Assembly (NCBI GenBank): GCA_028716965.1
Contig: JAQUOV010000004.1
Location: 8,377 to 72,376 of the forward strand
Direction of reading: 5' to 3'
DNA from: Candidatus Omnitrophota bacterium
Lineage (GTDB): Bacteria > Omnitrophota > Gorgyraeia > Gygaellales > Profunditerraquicolaceae
DNA length: 64,000 nucleotides
A model generated the notes under the pieces. It did not search any database, was not told where the DNA came from, and worked only from the letters and a program-made list of their open reading frames with translations. Positions 55,452-64,000 of this stretch are shown piece by piece. Position 1 is the stretch's first letter. Every line of letters begins with the position of its first letter. Both the position numbers and the translations under genes were made by a program.

Positions 55452-56464
55452 AGAACCTAAAAAAGATAATCGCAAAGTTCAATCAGGCAAAGATCTTAGT
55501 TGCCGGCGATCTGATTCTTGATCAGCATATTTGGGGCAATGTTGAAAGAATCTCTCCGGAGGCGCCTGTACCGATTGTCCGCGCCAATAGAAGGAATTAT
55601 GTCCCCGGAGGCGCAGCCAATGTCGCTAACAATATTAGCGCTTTCGGCGCCAAAGTCAGCCTATGCGGGGTATTGGGTGACAGCAAAGACCCGGCTACAG
55701 AAAAGTTTCAGCTTGAGGCTAAGAAACTGGGCATTGATACTAAAGGTGTATTTTTTGAAGAGGGCAGGAAAACAACCCTCAAGACCAGGATTATTGCCGG
55801 CCATCAGCAGGTAGTAAGAGTTGATTGGGAAGATGTGCATAATGTCTCCAGGCATATAAAAGATAAGCTTATTAAATACCTTGTTGATAATATAAGAAAA
55901 TTTGACGCTGTTATTATTGAGGATTATGGAAAGGGGCTTCTTGACCGGCAATTGACGAGGCATATTATTAAAACAGCCAGAGATTTTAAGAAGATAGTAA
56001 CCGTTGATCCGAAAGAGAATAATTTTGATTGCTATAAGCAGGCTACCTGTATTACCCCTAACCGAAAAGAAACCCAGAACGCCATTAGGTATCTTAAGAT
56101 GAATGACCGGGGGAATTTGTTCAGGATTTACAAAGAGGACCTGCTTATGGACGGTGATATTATAAAAGCGGGAGAGGAAATATTGGAGTATTTGCAATTA
56201 GAGAGCCTTTTGATTACGCTTGGCGAAGGCGGCATGTGGCTTTTTGAGAAGGGGCAGAATAAACCTATTCCGACCGTAGCACAGGAGGTTTTTGATGTAT
56301 CAGGCGCAGGGGATACGGTAATCAGCAGTTTTACCCTGGCGCTTTGTGCCGGCGCTTCAAAACTGGAGGCTGCGCATATCGCTAATTTCGCCGCAGGAAT
56401 TGTAGTGGGTAAATTGGGTACTGCTGTAACAAATTGCCGGGAACTTTTAGAGAGGATTAAATAA
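55448..56464 (+). CDS. rfaE1: D-glycero-beta-D-manno-heptose-7-phosphate kinase (HldE/RfaE domain I)
   Basis: RISPEAPVP, GGAANVA, DYGKG, TPN, DVSGAGDTV. Confidence 0.92.
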   Translation: MKNLKKIIAKFNQAKILVAGDLILDQHIWGNVERISPEAPVPIVRANRRNYVPGGAANVANNISAFGAKVSLCGVLGDSKDPATEKFQLEAKKLGIDTKGVFFEEGRKTTLKTRIIAGHQQVVRVDWEDVHNVSRHIKDKLIKYLVDNIRKFDAVIIEDYGKGLLDRQLTRHIIKTARDFKKIVTVDPKENNFDCYKQATCITPNRKETQNAIRYLKMNDRGNLFRIYKEDLLMDGDIIKAGEEILEYLQLESLLITLGEGGMWLFEKGQNKPIPTVAQEVFDVSGAGDTVISSFTLALCAGASKLEAAHIANFAAGIVVGKLGTAVTNCRELLERIK

Positions 56465-56465
56465 A

Positions 56466-57206
56466 ATGGATGTAATCGCAGTTATACCGGCCAGGTATTC
56501 ATCTACCAGGTTTAAAGCCAAAGTGCTGGCTGATATCATGGGTAAGCCCATGTTGCAGCATGTATGGGAACGGGCTAAGGCAAGCCGCATATTGGATGAT
56601 TTGATTATTGCCTGTGATGATGAGATAATCCGCAAGGCAGCTGTGAAGTTCGGGGCTAAAACCGTGATGACCTCAAAAGAGCATACCTGCGGCACTGACA
56701 GGATAAGCGAGGTGGTCAACCCCCTGGATGTAAAGGTTGTTATAAATATACAAGGGGATGAACCGTTGATCCATCCGATGATGATCGATAATGTCGCGCG
56801 GGCATTATTAGAAGACAGCTCATTGAGCATGGCGACGATTATGAAGAGGATTGAAGACCCCGCGCAGGTTGCCGATCCGAACGTGGTAAAGGTAGTGGTG
56901 GACAAGAACGGCCTTGCCTTGTATTTCTCGCGTGCCCCTATTCCTTATCTGGCAGAGAACGCAGAGGTAAAAGATGCACTTTATTACAAACATATCGGGC
57001 TTTACGGTTATACCAAGGATTTCCTTTTTACTTATAAAAACCTGCCTGTTTCCAATCTTGAGAAGGCCGAGAAACTGGAGCAGCTGCGCGTATTGGCGGA
57101 AGGATTTAAAATTAAAGTGATCGAGACTAAATTTGATACCATAAGCGTGGATACTCCGGAGGACCTGGAGAAGGTGAAAGAATTATTGCAAAAGGGGATA
57201 AGCTGA
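56466..57206 (+). CDS. kdsB: CMP-Kdo synthetase
   Basis: IPARYSSTRF, GTDR, NIQGDEP, HIGLYGY, LEQLR. Confidence 0.96.
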   Translation: MDVIAVIPARYSSTRFKAKVLADIMGKPMLQHVWERAKASRILDDLIIACDDEIIRKAAVKFGAKTVMTSKEHTCGTDRISEVVNPLDVKVVINIQGDEPLIHPMMIDNVARALLEDSSLSMATIMKRIEDPAQVADPNVVKVVVDKNGLALYFSRAPIPYLAENAEVKDALYYKHIGLYGYTKDFLFTYKNLPVSNLEKAEKLEQLRVLAEGFKIKVIETKFDTISVDTPEDLEKVKELLQKGIS

Positions 57207-58018
57207 TGCATGAGGTTAGCGCGGGGAATATAAAATTCGGGGCCGGCAATCCGCTCGTGCTTATTGCCGGGCCTTGTGTTATTGAGTCGGAAAGCTCATG
57301 CCTTAAGGCTGCCGGAAGGATTAAGGCGATCGTTTCTTCCTGCGGGGTCCCGTTTGTTTTTAAATCCAGCTTTGATAAGGCCAACCGGCTTTCCGGAGAT
57401 TCTTACCGCGGCCCGGGCCTAAGCAAGGGTTTGGTTATTTTGAAAAAAGTAAAGCAGCAGTTAAAGGTCCCTGTTTTAAGCGATGTGCACTGCGCAAAGG
57501 ATATGCCTGCGGCCGCTGAAGTGCTGGATATTATCCAGATACCGGCTTTTTTGTGCCGTCAGACGGATATTGTATTGGCAGCCGCAAAAACCGGCAAGGT
57601 GGTCAATATAAAGAAAGGCCAGTTCCTTGCGCCCTGGGATATTTTACCCATCATCAAAAAGGTGGAATCCGCCGGGAATAAGAAGATATTGATTACGGAA
57701 AGAGGGGTAAGTTTTGGTTATAATAACCTGGTTACGGATTACCGCAGCCTTTCGATTATGCGTAATTTCGGGTATCCGGTAATTTACGATGCTACCCACA
57801 GCGTGCAGCTTCCCGGCGGGAAAGGCACCTGTTCAGGCGGGCAAAGCGAATTTGTTGCGGGGTTATCCAGGGCAGCCGTAGCTTTCGGCTGCGACGGGCT
57901 GTTCCTTGAGGTGCATGTTGACCCTAAAAGCGCGCCTTGCGACGGAGCGAACATGATTAATTTCAGCAAGCTGGAAGCCTTATTGAAACAAATCAGAAAG
58001 ATCGAGAGAGCATTATGA
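57206..58018 (+). CDS. kdsA: Kdo-8-phosphate synthase
   Basis: IAGPCVIE, SFDKANR, QIPAFLCRQTD, KKGQF, DATHSVQ. Confidence 0.97.
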   Translation: MHEVSAGNIKFGAGNPLVLIAGPCVIESESSCLKAAGRIKAIVSSCGVPFVFKSSFDKANRLSGDSYRGPGLSKGLVILKKVKQQLKVPVLSDVHCAKDMPAAAEVLDIIQIPAFLCRQTDIVLAAAKTGKVVNIKKGQFLAPWDILPIIKKVESAGNKKILITERGVSFGYNNLVTDYRSLSIMRNFGYPVIYDATHSVQLPGGKGTCSGGQSEFVAGLSRAAVAFGCDGLFLEVHVDPKSAPCDGANMINFSKLEALLKQIRKIERAL

Positions 58019-58157
58019 ACCCCCGCACCTTCTGTAAATTCAAGTATCAGGAGAATACGGCTTAATGATTTAAATAAGAATGAAGGTTCCGGGATAAGTT
58101 GGTTTGAGGTTAAGATTTAAGATTTGAATGAATTCATAGGAGGAAGGTGCTGGGTGA
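58015..58157 (+). repeat. Family A junction element, extended copy with a duplicated right end
   Basis: ATGAACCCCCGCACCTTC..GAAGGTTCCGGG (58082-58093)..GAAGGTGCTGGGTGA (58143-58157). Confidence 0.85.
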
Positions 58158-59122
58158 AGATAAACGTGATTAAACGGGCAAAAGAGGTCCTGGATATTGA
58201 GGCGCAAGCAATCAGGCTGCTTAAGGGCCGTCTGGATAAGGGGTTTGTTAAGGCAGTGGAATTAATCCTTAAGAATAAAGGCCGGGTCGTAGTCAGCGGT
58301 ATGGGCAAGACCGGCATTATCGCGCAAAAACTTTCCGCCACCCTTGCTTCTACCGGCACGCCCAGTTTGTTTATGCATACGGCAGAAGCCATTCACGGAG
58401 ACCTGGGAAAGGTTACCGATGATGATGTAGTGGTCATTCTTTCCAACAGCGGCTCGACGGAGGAGATGAAACAACTGCTGCCTTTGCTTAAAAAAATAGG
58501 CTCGCCGATTATTTCGCTCACCGGAAATTTAAAATCAGTGCTTGCCAGGCACAGTGATGTGGTCCTGGATGTTTCAGTTGAAAAAGAGGCCTGTCCGTTA
58601 GGATTGGCGCCTACGGCTTCCACTACCGCTACTTTGGCGATGGCGGATGCTTTGGCAGTGTGTCTTTTGGAGTTAAAAGGGTTTAAGGAAAAAGATTTTG
58701 CTTTTTTCCATCCCGGAGGGGCTTTAGGCAGGCGCCTGCTTTTAAAGGTTGAGGATATTATGCGCCGGGCGCATGGCAACGCCGTGGTGGATGAGCATAA
58801 AAAAGTTTCACAGGTCTTATGCGCGATTACCCGCGCCCGGGCAGGTTCGGCAACAGTCGTGGATAAACGCGGTAAATTAAAAGGCATTTTTACCGACGGA
58901 GACTTGCGCCGGCACCTGGAGAGCGATAAGGATTTGACTAATCGTGCGGTCAAAGAGGTAATGACCAGGAACCCTACCGTTGTCAATAAGGATATGCTGG
59001 CCGCAGAGGCAATGCGCATATTACAGGCTAAGAAAATAGATGAGGTGCCCGTAGTAGACAAGTTTATGCGTCCGGTGGGTTTGTTAGATGTGCAGGACCT
59101 GCTTAAGGCAGGCCTGGTTTAA
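58154..59122 (+). CDS. kdsD: Arabinose-5-phosphate isomerase (KpsF/GutQ, SIS-CBS)
   Basis: SGMGKTG, STGTP, HGDLG, EACPLGLAPTAST, HPGGALG, TDGDLRR; GTG start supplied by the family A element. Confidence 0.95.
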   Translation: MKINVIKRAKEVLDIEAQAIRLLKGRLDKGFVKAVELILKNKGRVVVSGMGKTGIIAQKLSATLASTGTPSLFMHTAEAIHGDLGKVTDDDVVVILSNSGSTEEMKQLLPLLKKIGSPIISLTGNLKSVLARHSDVVLDVSVEKEACPLGLAPTASTTATLAMADALAVCLLELKGFKEKDFAFFHPGGALGRRLLLKVEDIMRRAHGNAVVDEHKKVSQVLCAITRARAGSATVVDKRGKLKGIFTDGDLRRHLESDKDLTNRAVKEVMTRNPTVVNKDMLAAEAMRILQAKKIDEVPVVDKFMRPVGLLDVQDLLKAGLV

Positions 59123-59124
59123 CC

Positions 59125-59667
59125 ATGCTTGATAAAATAACAAAAAAAGAGTTGAAGAGGCGCCTGGGGAAGATCAGGCTGCTTTTGCTGGATGTCGACG
59201 GCGTCTTGACCGACGGCAGGATAATCTACGATTCGCAGGGTGGTGAGCTTAAATTTTTTGATGTGCACGACGGCCTGGGGGTTTTCGTTTTGCGTAAAGC
59301 AGGGATCCCTACGATTTTGATTACCGCCAAAGGCTCCAGGGCCATTTTGCCGCGCGCCAGAGATATGGGGGTGGCCGAAGTCTTCTCCGATATCTTTCCT
59401 AAGACCGCGGTGCTGGGAAAGATTATCAGGAGATACAAAGTTTCGGTAGATGAGATTTGTTTTGTGGGGGATGACCTGGTGGACCTTTCGCTGATGCGTG
59501 AAGTGGGCTTACCGGTAGCAGTAGGTAATGCTTCCGGCGAAATAAAGGAAGCTGCGCTTTATGTAACCACCCATACGGGCGGCCGCGGCGCCGTCAGGGA
59601 GGTAGCCGAAATGATCATTAAATCGCAGGGCAAGTGGAAAGATATCTTAAAATTTTATGGCGTTTAG
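59125..59667 (+). CDS. kdsC: Kdo-8-phosphate phosphatase
   Basis: LLDVDGVLTDG, DGLG, VGDDLVD, GGRGAVRE. Confidence 0.95.
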   Translation: MLDKITKKELKRRLGKIRLLLLDVDGVLTDGRIIYDSQGGELKFFDVHDGLGVFVLRKAGIPTILITAKGSRAILPRARDMGVAEVFSDIFPKTAVLGKIIRRYKVSVDEICFVGDDLVDLSLMREVGLPVAVGNASGEIKEAALYVTTHTGGRGAVREVAEMIIKSQGKWKDILKFYGV

Positions 59668-60553
59668 GAAGTTCGTATTCTTAACCTTAGCCTTTATATT
59701 CTTTTCCGGGAGTTCTTTCGCGGTTGAAACCGATAAGGCAATAAACGAAGATAAAGATTCCGGCCAGCAGATCGGTGATTTCTCTCTCTCCGGGTACGGA
59801 GAGAAGGGGAAGAAGGCCTGGGACTTAGCCGGAAAATCAGCGGATATATATAATGAAGTAGTCAAACTTAAAGAGGTAGTGGGCAACCATTACGCGGATA
59901 AAGATGAGATTAACCTTACCGCCGATAACGGGGATTTCAACAAGAGCAGCGGGGTGGTGCATTTAGAAAATAATGTGGTAATCACCACTTCTAACGGCGC
60001 AAAACTCACTACTGATTCCCTGGATTGGGACCGCAAGCAGCAGATAGTCAGCACATTGGATAAAATCAGCCTCAAGCGCCCGGATATGAACCTTACCGGA
60101 GAAGGCGCGATAGGCCAGACCGCCCTTAAACAGATGTCCCTGGAAAAAAATGTGCGCCTGGATATTGAGCCTTTAGATAAACAGAAGGGGAAGAAAAATA
60201 AGATCATCATTATCTGTGACGGCCCCCTGGAGGTGAATTACGAAAAAAATATTGCCATATTTAATAATAATGTTAAAGTAGAAACGCCGGATTTGACCAT
60301 GTATAGCGATAAGATGCGGGTTTATTTTACTCCCAAACAGGAAGGCTTAAAGAAGGATGCCGATCCTGCGGGGATGTCCAGTTCCATCAATAAAATTATT
60401 GCCCAGGGGAATGTGCGTATATTACGCGGCGAAAATACTTCTTTCAGCCAGGAGGCTGTCTATACCGCCCTGGATAAAAGGATAGTTTTGACCGGCAGGC
60501 CGCAGATAGAGATTTATCAGACGGAGAATTTGAATGCAGCTTTTGGAAACTAA
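59657..60553 (+). CDS. LptC-LptA-like fused LPS transport periplasmic protein
   Basis: LptC-like (GKKAWDL, LTTDSLDWD) followed by LptA/OstA-like (IIAQGNVRI, IVLTGRP); located between kdsC and lptB. Confidence 0.8.
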   Translation: MAFRKFVFLTLAFIFFSGSSFAVETDKAINEDKDSGQQIGDFSLSGYGEKGKKAWDLAGKSADIYNEVVKLKEVVGNHYADKDEINLTADNGDFNKSSGVVHLENNVVITTSNGAKLTTDSLDWDRKQQIVSTLDKISLKRPDMNLTGEGAIGQTALKQMSLEKNVRLDIEPLDKQKGKKNKIIIICDGPLEVNYEKNIAIFNNNVKVETPDLTMYSDKMRVYFTPKQEGLKKDADPAGMSSSINKIIAQGNVRILRGENTSFSQEAVYTALDKRIVLTGRPQIEIYQTENLNAAFGN

Positions 60554-61256
60554 AGGTTTAGCCAAGTCTTACGACGGCCGGACGGTAGTCAACGGAGTGG
60601 ATATTACGGTCAAGCGGGGAGAGATCGTCGGTTTATTGGGGCCTAACGGCGCGGGAAAGACCACGACTTTTTACATGATCGTAGGCATTGTCCCGCCGAA
60701 GTGCGGTACGATTGTTTTTGACAACCATGAAATTACGAACCTGCCGATCCATGAACGCGCGCGTTTCGGTATCGGTTATCTTTCCCAGGAGGCTTCCATA
60801 TTCCGGAAGCTGACGGTTGCGGAAAACATAAATGCGATCCTGGAAACACTTCCCCTCAGCCGTTCGCAGAGGAAGCGCAGGCTGGTTTCCCTGCTGGAAG
60901 AATTGAATATCGCGCATTTGGCTAAAAACAAGGCATACACCTTAAGCGGAGGGGAAAGGAGGCGCCTTGAGATTACCCGCGCGCTTGTGACCAACCCTTC
61001 TTTTATACTTTTGGATGAACCTTTTTCCGGCATTGACCCTATAGTAGTAAACGAGGCCCAGGAGATTATCAAGGAACTGAAGGCAAAGGGGCTGGGGATT
61101 TTATTAACCGATCATAATGTGCGCGAGACCCTGGCTATAACTGACCGGGCATATTTGATCGCCGACGGCTCTATTCTCATTTCAGGCACGGCGCATGAGT
61201 TGATTAACCATCCGCGCGCGCGCCAGGTTTACCTGGGGGAGAAGTTTAGAATGTGA
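60534..61256 (+). CDS. lptB: LPS export ABC transporter ATPase
   Basis: GPNGAGKTT, LSGGERRRLEI, LLDEPFSGIDP, TDHNVRETL, YLGEKF. Confidence 0.96.
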   Translation: MQLLETKGLAKSYDGRTVVNGVDITVKRGEIVGLLGPNGAGKTTTFYMIVGIVPPKCGTIVFDNHEITNLPIHERARFGIGYLSQEASIFRKLTVAENINAILETLPLSRSQRKRRLVSLLEELNIAHLAKNKAYTLSGGERRRLEITRALVTNPSFILLDEPFSGIDPIVVNEAQEIIKELKAKGLGILLTDHNVRETLAITDRAYLIADGSILISGTAHELINHPRARQVYLGEKFRM

Positions 61257-61369
61257 GTGAGGCCACGACTTAGCGAGCGGTAAGCGAAGCTAAGTCGTTT
61301 GGCCGAACTCATACCCGCGAATGCGTGAAAATTTTAGTTAAAATTTTCACGCAGAATCTGAGCGGGTAT
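61254..61369 (+). repeat. Two adjacent long imperfect hairpins with GA internal loops
   Basis: TGAGT-GA-GGCC.ACGACTTAGC / GCTAAGTCGT.GGCC-GA-ACTCA, then ATACCCGC..TGCGTGAAAATTTTA / TAAAATTTTCACGCA..GCGGGTAT. Confidence 0.8.
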
Positions 61370-61405
61370 ATTGTATTAATAAAGAAAAAATACGAAAGGA
61401 TTCAA

Positions 61406-62284
61406 ATGAAAACTGAAGTAAAGAAATTAGATAGCACTAAATATGAGTTAAATGTAGCGGTAAGCGGTGAACTGGTCAAGAATAAATTTGATCTGGTCTT
61501 CTCCCAGGTGGCAAAAGAAGCAAAGGTGCCGGGCTTCCGGCCGGGTAAAGCTCCGCGTGATGTTTTAGAAAAACATTATTCTTCTTCTATCCGCCAGCAG
61601 GTCTTAAAGGAGCTTGTCCCGGATGTGTATAATCAGGCGGTTACGGCGGAAAAACTTGACGTGATCGAACTGCCGCAGATAAGCGATGTGAAGCTGGACA
61701 ATAATAACCTTTCTTTTAAGGCGGTAGTTGAGGTAACTCCGGAGATTGCGATTAAGGATTATAAGAAGCAAAAGATAAATTACAAGATAGTATCGGTAAG
61801 CGCCGATGAAGTCAAGAAGCAGATTGATTCCGTTAAGCAGTCGCGCAAAGCGGAAGTTTTAGACGATAAATTCTGCCGCTCTTTGGGTTATCCCAGCCTG
61901 GCGGAGTTCGAGAAGGCAGTGGAAAGGCAGATTTTTATTTCCAAGGAAAACCAAGAGCGCCAGCGCATTGAGAATGAATTCATCGCTGACCTCTTGAAGG
62001 GTTTAGAATTTAAACTGCCGGAAAGCCTGGTCGCCCGGCAGACAGAGGATATGCTGCGTCAGGCAAAATTGGATTTGGCGATGAAGGGTATCCCGCGGGA
62101 TAAGATCGAGGAGCAGGAGAAGATGATCCTGGAAGGGATAGAGCCGCAGGCTAAAAAACAGGTTAAGGTTTATCTGGTTTTAGCCCAGATTGCCAAGAAA
62201 GAGGGTATTGCCGTAGATGACCACATGCCGGCTAAGGTAATGGAGTTTTTGTTAAGCCATGCGGATTGGCAGGAAACTAATTAA
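61406..62284 (+). CDS. tig: Trigger factor, short form apparently lacking the FKBP PPIase domain
   Basis: [10 protein letters not shown] ribosome-binding motif, C-terminal SurA-like domain, 292 aa; AAAGGA RBS. Confidence 0.9.
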   Translation: MKTEVKKLDSTKYELNVAVSGELVKNKFDLVFSQVAKEAKVPGFRPGKAPRDVLEKHYSSSIRQQVLKELVPDVYNQAVTAEKLDVIELPQISDVKLDNNNLSFKAVVEVTPEIAIKDYKKQKINYKIVSVSADEVKKQIDSVKQSRKAEVLDDKFCRSLGYPSLAEFEKAVERQIFISKENQERQRIENEFIADLLKGLEFKLPESLVARQTEDMLRQAKLDLAMKGIPRDKIEEQEKMILEGIEPQAKKQVKVYLVLAQIAKKEGIAVDDHMPAKVMEFLLSHADWQETN

Positions 62285-62297
62285 AGCGGAGGATACT

Positions 62298-62903
62298 ATG
62301 GAGACAAAAATGCAGACACTGGTTCCGATGGTAATTGAACAAACCGCCAGAGGCTATGAACGCGCTTACGATATTTATTCACGCCTTTTAAAAGACCGCA
62401 TTGTTTTTATCGGCACGCCCATTGATGATTATGTGGCCAACCTGGTGATTGCCCAGATGCTTTTTTTGCAGATGGAAGAGAAGGATAAGGACATTAATAT
62501 ATATATCAATTCGCCCGGAGGTTCGGTTACCGCCGGCCTGGCGATATATGATACCATGCAGTTCATAAAATGCGACGTGGCAACCTATTGCGTGGGCCAG
62601 GCAGCCAGCATGGGAGCGATCCTGTTGGCGGCAGGGACCCGGGGGAAACGTTTTGTTCTTCCTAATTCGCGCATAATGATCCATCAGCCCTGGGGCGGGG
62701 TGCAGGGGGCGGCAGCCGATATATCCATCCAGGCCAAGGAGATCTTAAAGTTGCGCGATAAAATTAATGAGATCCTGGCGCAGCATACCTCCCAGCCGCT
62801 GGACAAGATACAAAAGGATACGGACAGGGATTATTTCATGTCCGCTCAAGAGGCAAAGGATTACGGGATAATTGATGAAGTAGTATTAAACAACAAGAAA
62901 TAA
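62298..62903 (+). CDS. clpP: ATP-dependent Clp protease proteolytic subunit
   Basis: [41 protein letters not shown]. Confidence 0.97.
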   Translation: METKMQTLVPMVIEQTARGYERAYDIYSRLLKDRIVFIGTPIDDYVANLVIAQMLFLQMEEKDKDINIYINSPGGSVTAGLAIYDTMQFIKCDVATYCVGQAASMGAILLAAGTRGKRFVLPNSRIMIHQPWGGVQGAAADISIQAKEILKLRDKINEILAQHTSQPLDKIQKDTDRDYFMSAQEAKDYGIIDEVVLNNKK

Positions 62904-62919
62904 AAAAGGGGAATGAAAG

Positions 62920-64000
62920 ATGAGAAAAAATTATTTGCTAACACCGGGTCCGACTCCGCTGCCGCCTGAAGTATGCCAGGCTTTGGGTAAACCGATTATC
63001 CATCACCGTACACCGCAGTTTCAGGCAATACTTAAAGAGGCCGGCGAAGGGTTAAAATATGTGTTTCAGACACAGTCGGATGTCTTTATCCTTACCTCAT
63101 CCGGTACAGGCGCGATGGAGGCAGCGGTAGCGAACCTGCTTTCAGCGCAGGAGATTGCGATTACCGTCGAAGGCGGTAAGTTTGGAGAACGCTGGACAGA
63201 GTTATGCAAAAGTTACGGCGTGCAGGCAGAGGTAATTAAGGTTGAATGGGGCAAGGCAGTGGACCCCGCAGAGATCGAGAAGCGCCTTAAGAATAATCCG
63301 GATATAAAAGCCGTTTTTACCACGCTTTGCGAAACATCTACCGGAGTGGTCAGCGATATTGAGGCAATCGGCAAGGTTGTGGCTAAATATAATGCGGTCC
63401 TGGTCGTGGATGCGATCAGCGGCCTGGGAGCTATTGATTTAAAAACCGATGCCTGGGGTGTTGATGTCTGCGTTTCAGGTTCACAAAAAGGTTTTATGCT
63501 TCCCCCCGGACTTGCCTTTATATCCGTAAGCAAGAAGGCGTGGGATTTGATCGCCGTTTCCAAAAGCCCAAGGTTTTATTTTGATTTAAAGGCAGCTAAA
63601 AAAGCAATTCAAAGCGTAGATACCCCTTTTACTCCGGCGATCTCGCTGGTTATCGCTTTAGTAGAGGTGTTAAAAATTATGAAACAGGACGGCCTGGATA
63701 ATATATTCAAGCGCCATAGGATTATGGCCGACGCTACCAAGGCTGCCATGAAGGCATTAGGCCTGGAGCTGTTTGCGCCCAGCGCTTCTTCAGACGTAGT
63801 CACCGCGGTAAAAGTCCCTGCCGGTGTTGAAGGGGAGAAACTGGTTAAAACCATGCGCGATGTTTACGGGGTAACTATCGCCGGCGGCCAGGCGGAGTTA
63901 AAAGGAAAGGTCTTCAGGTTTGCCCATATGGGGTTTATTGAAGAGTTTGATATTATCGCCGGTATCGCCTGCCTGGAGAAGGTTTTGAAAGAGGCGGGGT
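62920..64000 (+). CDS. Class V PLP aminotransferase (serine-pyruvate / alanine-glyoxylate type), truncated by the window end
   Basis: Manual translation: MRKNYLLTPGPTP..IHHRTPQF..SSGTGAMEAA..ETSTG..VDAIS..SGSQKGFMLPPG. Confidence 0.92.
   Translation, partial: MRKNYLLTPGPTPLPPEVCQALGKPIIHHRTPQFQAILKEAGEGLKYVFQTQSDVFILTSSGTGAMEAAVANLLSAQEIAITVEGGKFGERWTELCKSYGVQAEVIKVEWGKAVDPAEIEKRLKNNPDIKAVFTTLCETSTGVVSDIEAIGKVVAKYNAVLVVDAISGLGAIDLKTDAWGVDVCVSGSQKGFMLPPGLAFISVSKKAWDLIAVSKSPRFYFDLKAAKKAIQSVDTPFTPAISLVIALVEVLKIMKQDGLDNIFKRHRIMADATKAAMKALGLELFAPSASSDVVTAVKVPAGVEGEKLVKTMRDVYGVTIAGGQAELKGKVFRFAHMGFIEEFDIIAGIACLEKVLKEAG

Noticed and set aside
18172-58157. Family A repeats as a CRISPR array
   Set aside because: The copies are dispersed inverted repeats, not tandem direct repeats with spacers, and no cas genes are present.

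Overview
A bacterial core-genome window with almost every gene on the + strand. The organism is diderm and makes LPS; the gene content and fusions are reminiscent of PVC-group lineages such as Ca. Omnitrophota (inference only). Contents: a purine biosynthesis operon (purB-purL-LOG-purQ-purF-purM-[inserted genes]-purD-purE), tsaC/PTP-rpiB-glyA-dCMP deaminase-nrdR, CCA enzyme, nth, a macro-NUDIX fusion, a HelY-like helicase, aroC, spoVG, aroK-dprA-topA-xerC, waaA, greA, a large lipid A/Kdo/heptose LPS cluster (lpxK to kdsBADC, lptC/A, lptB), tig, clpP and a class V aminotransferase. No rRNA, tRNA or CRISPR array was recognised. The main unexplained signal is intergenic: at least five families of dispersed palindromic repeats. 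Family A (ATGAACCCCGCACCTTC...GAAGGTGCGGG[G/A]TG) has six copies, each inserted precisely at a stop/start junction inside an operon. One copy encloses a small GIY-YIG nuclease gene. The other five are short, gene-less derivatives (four of ~80 bp, one of ~140 bp) with an extra arm that could switch pairing away from the downstream ribosome-binding site. This looks like an autonomous plus non-autonomous mobile/regulatory element system built on a GIY-YIG nuclease.
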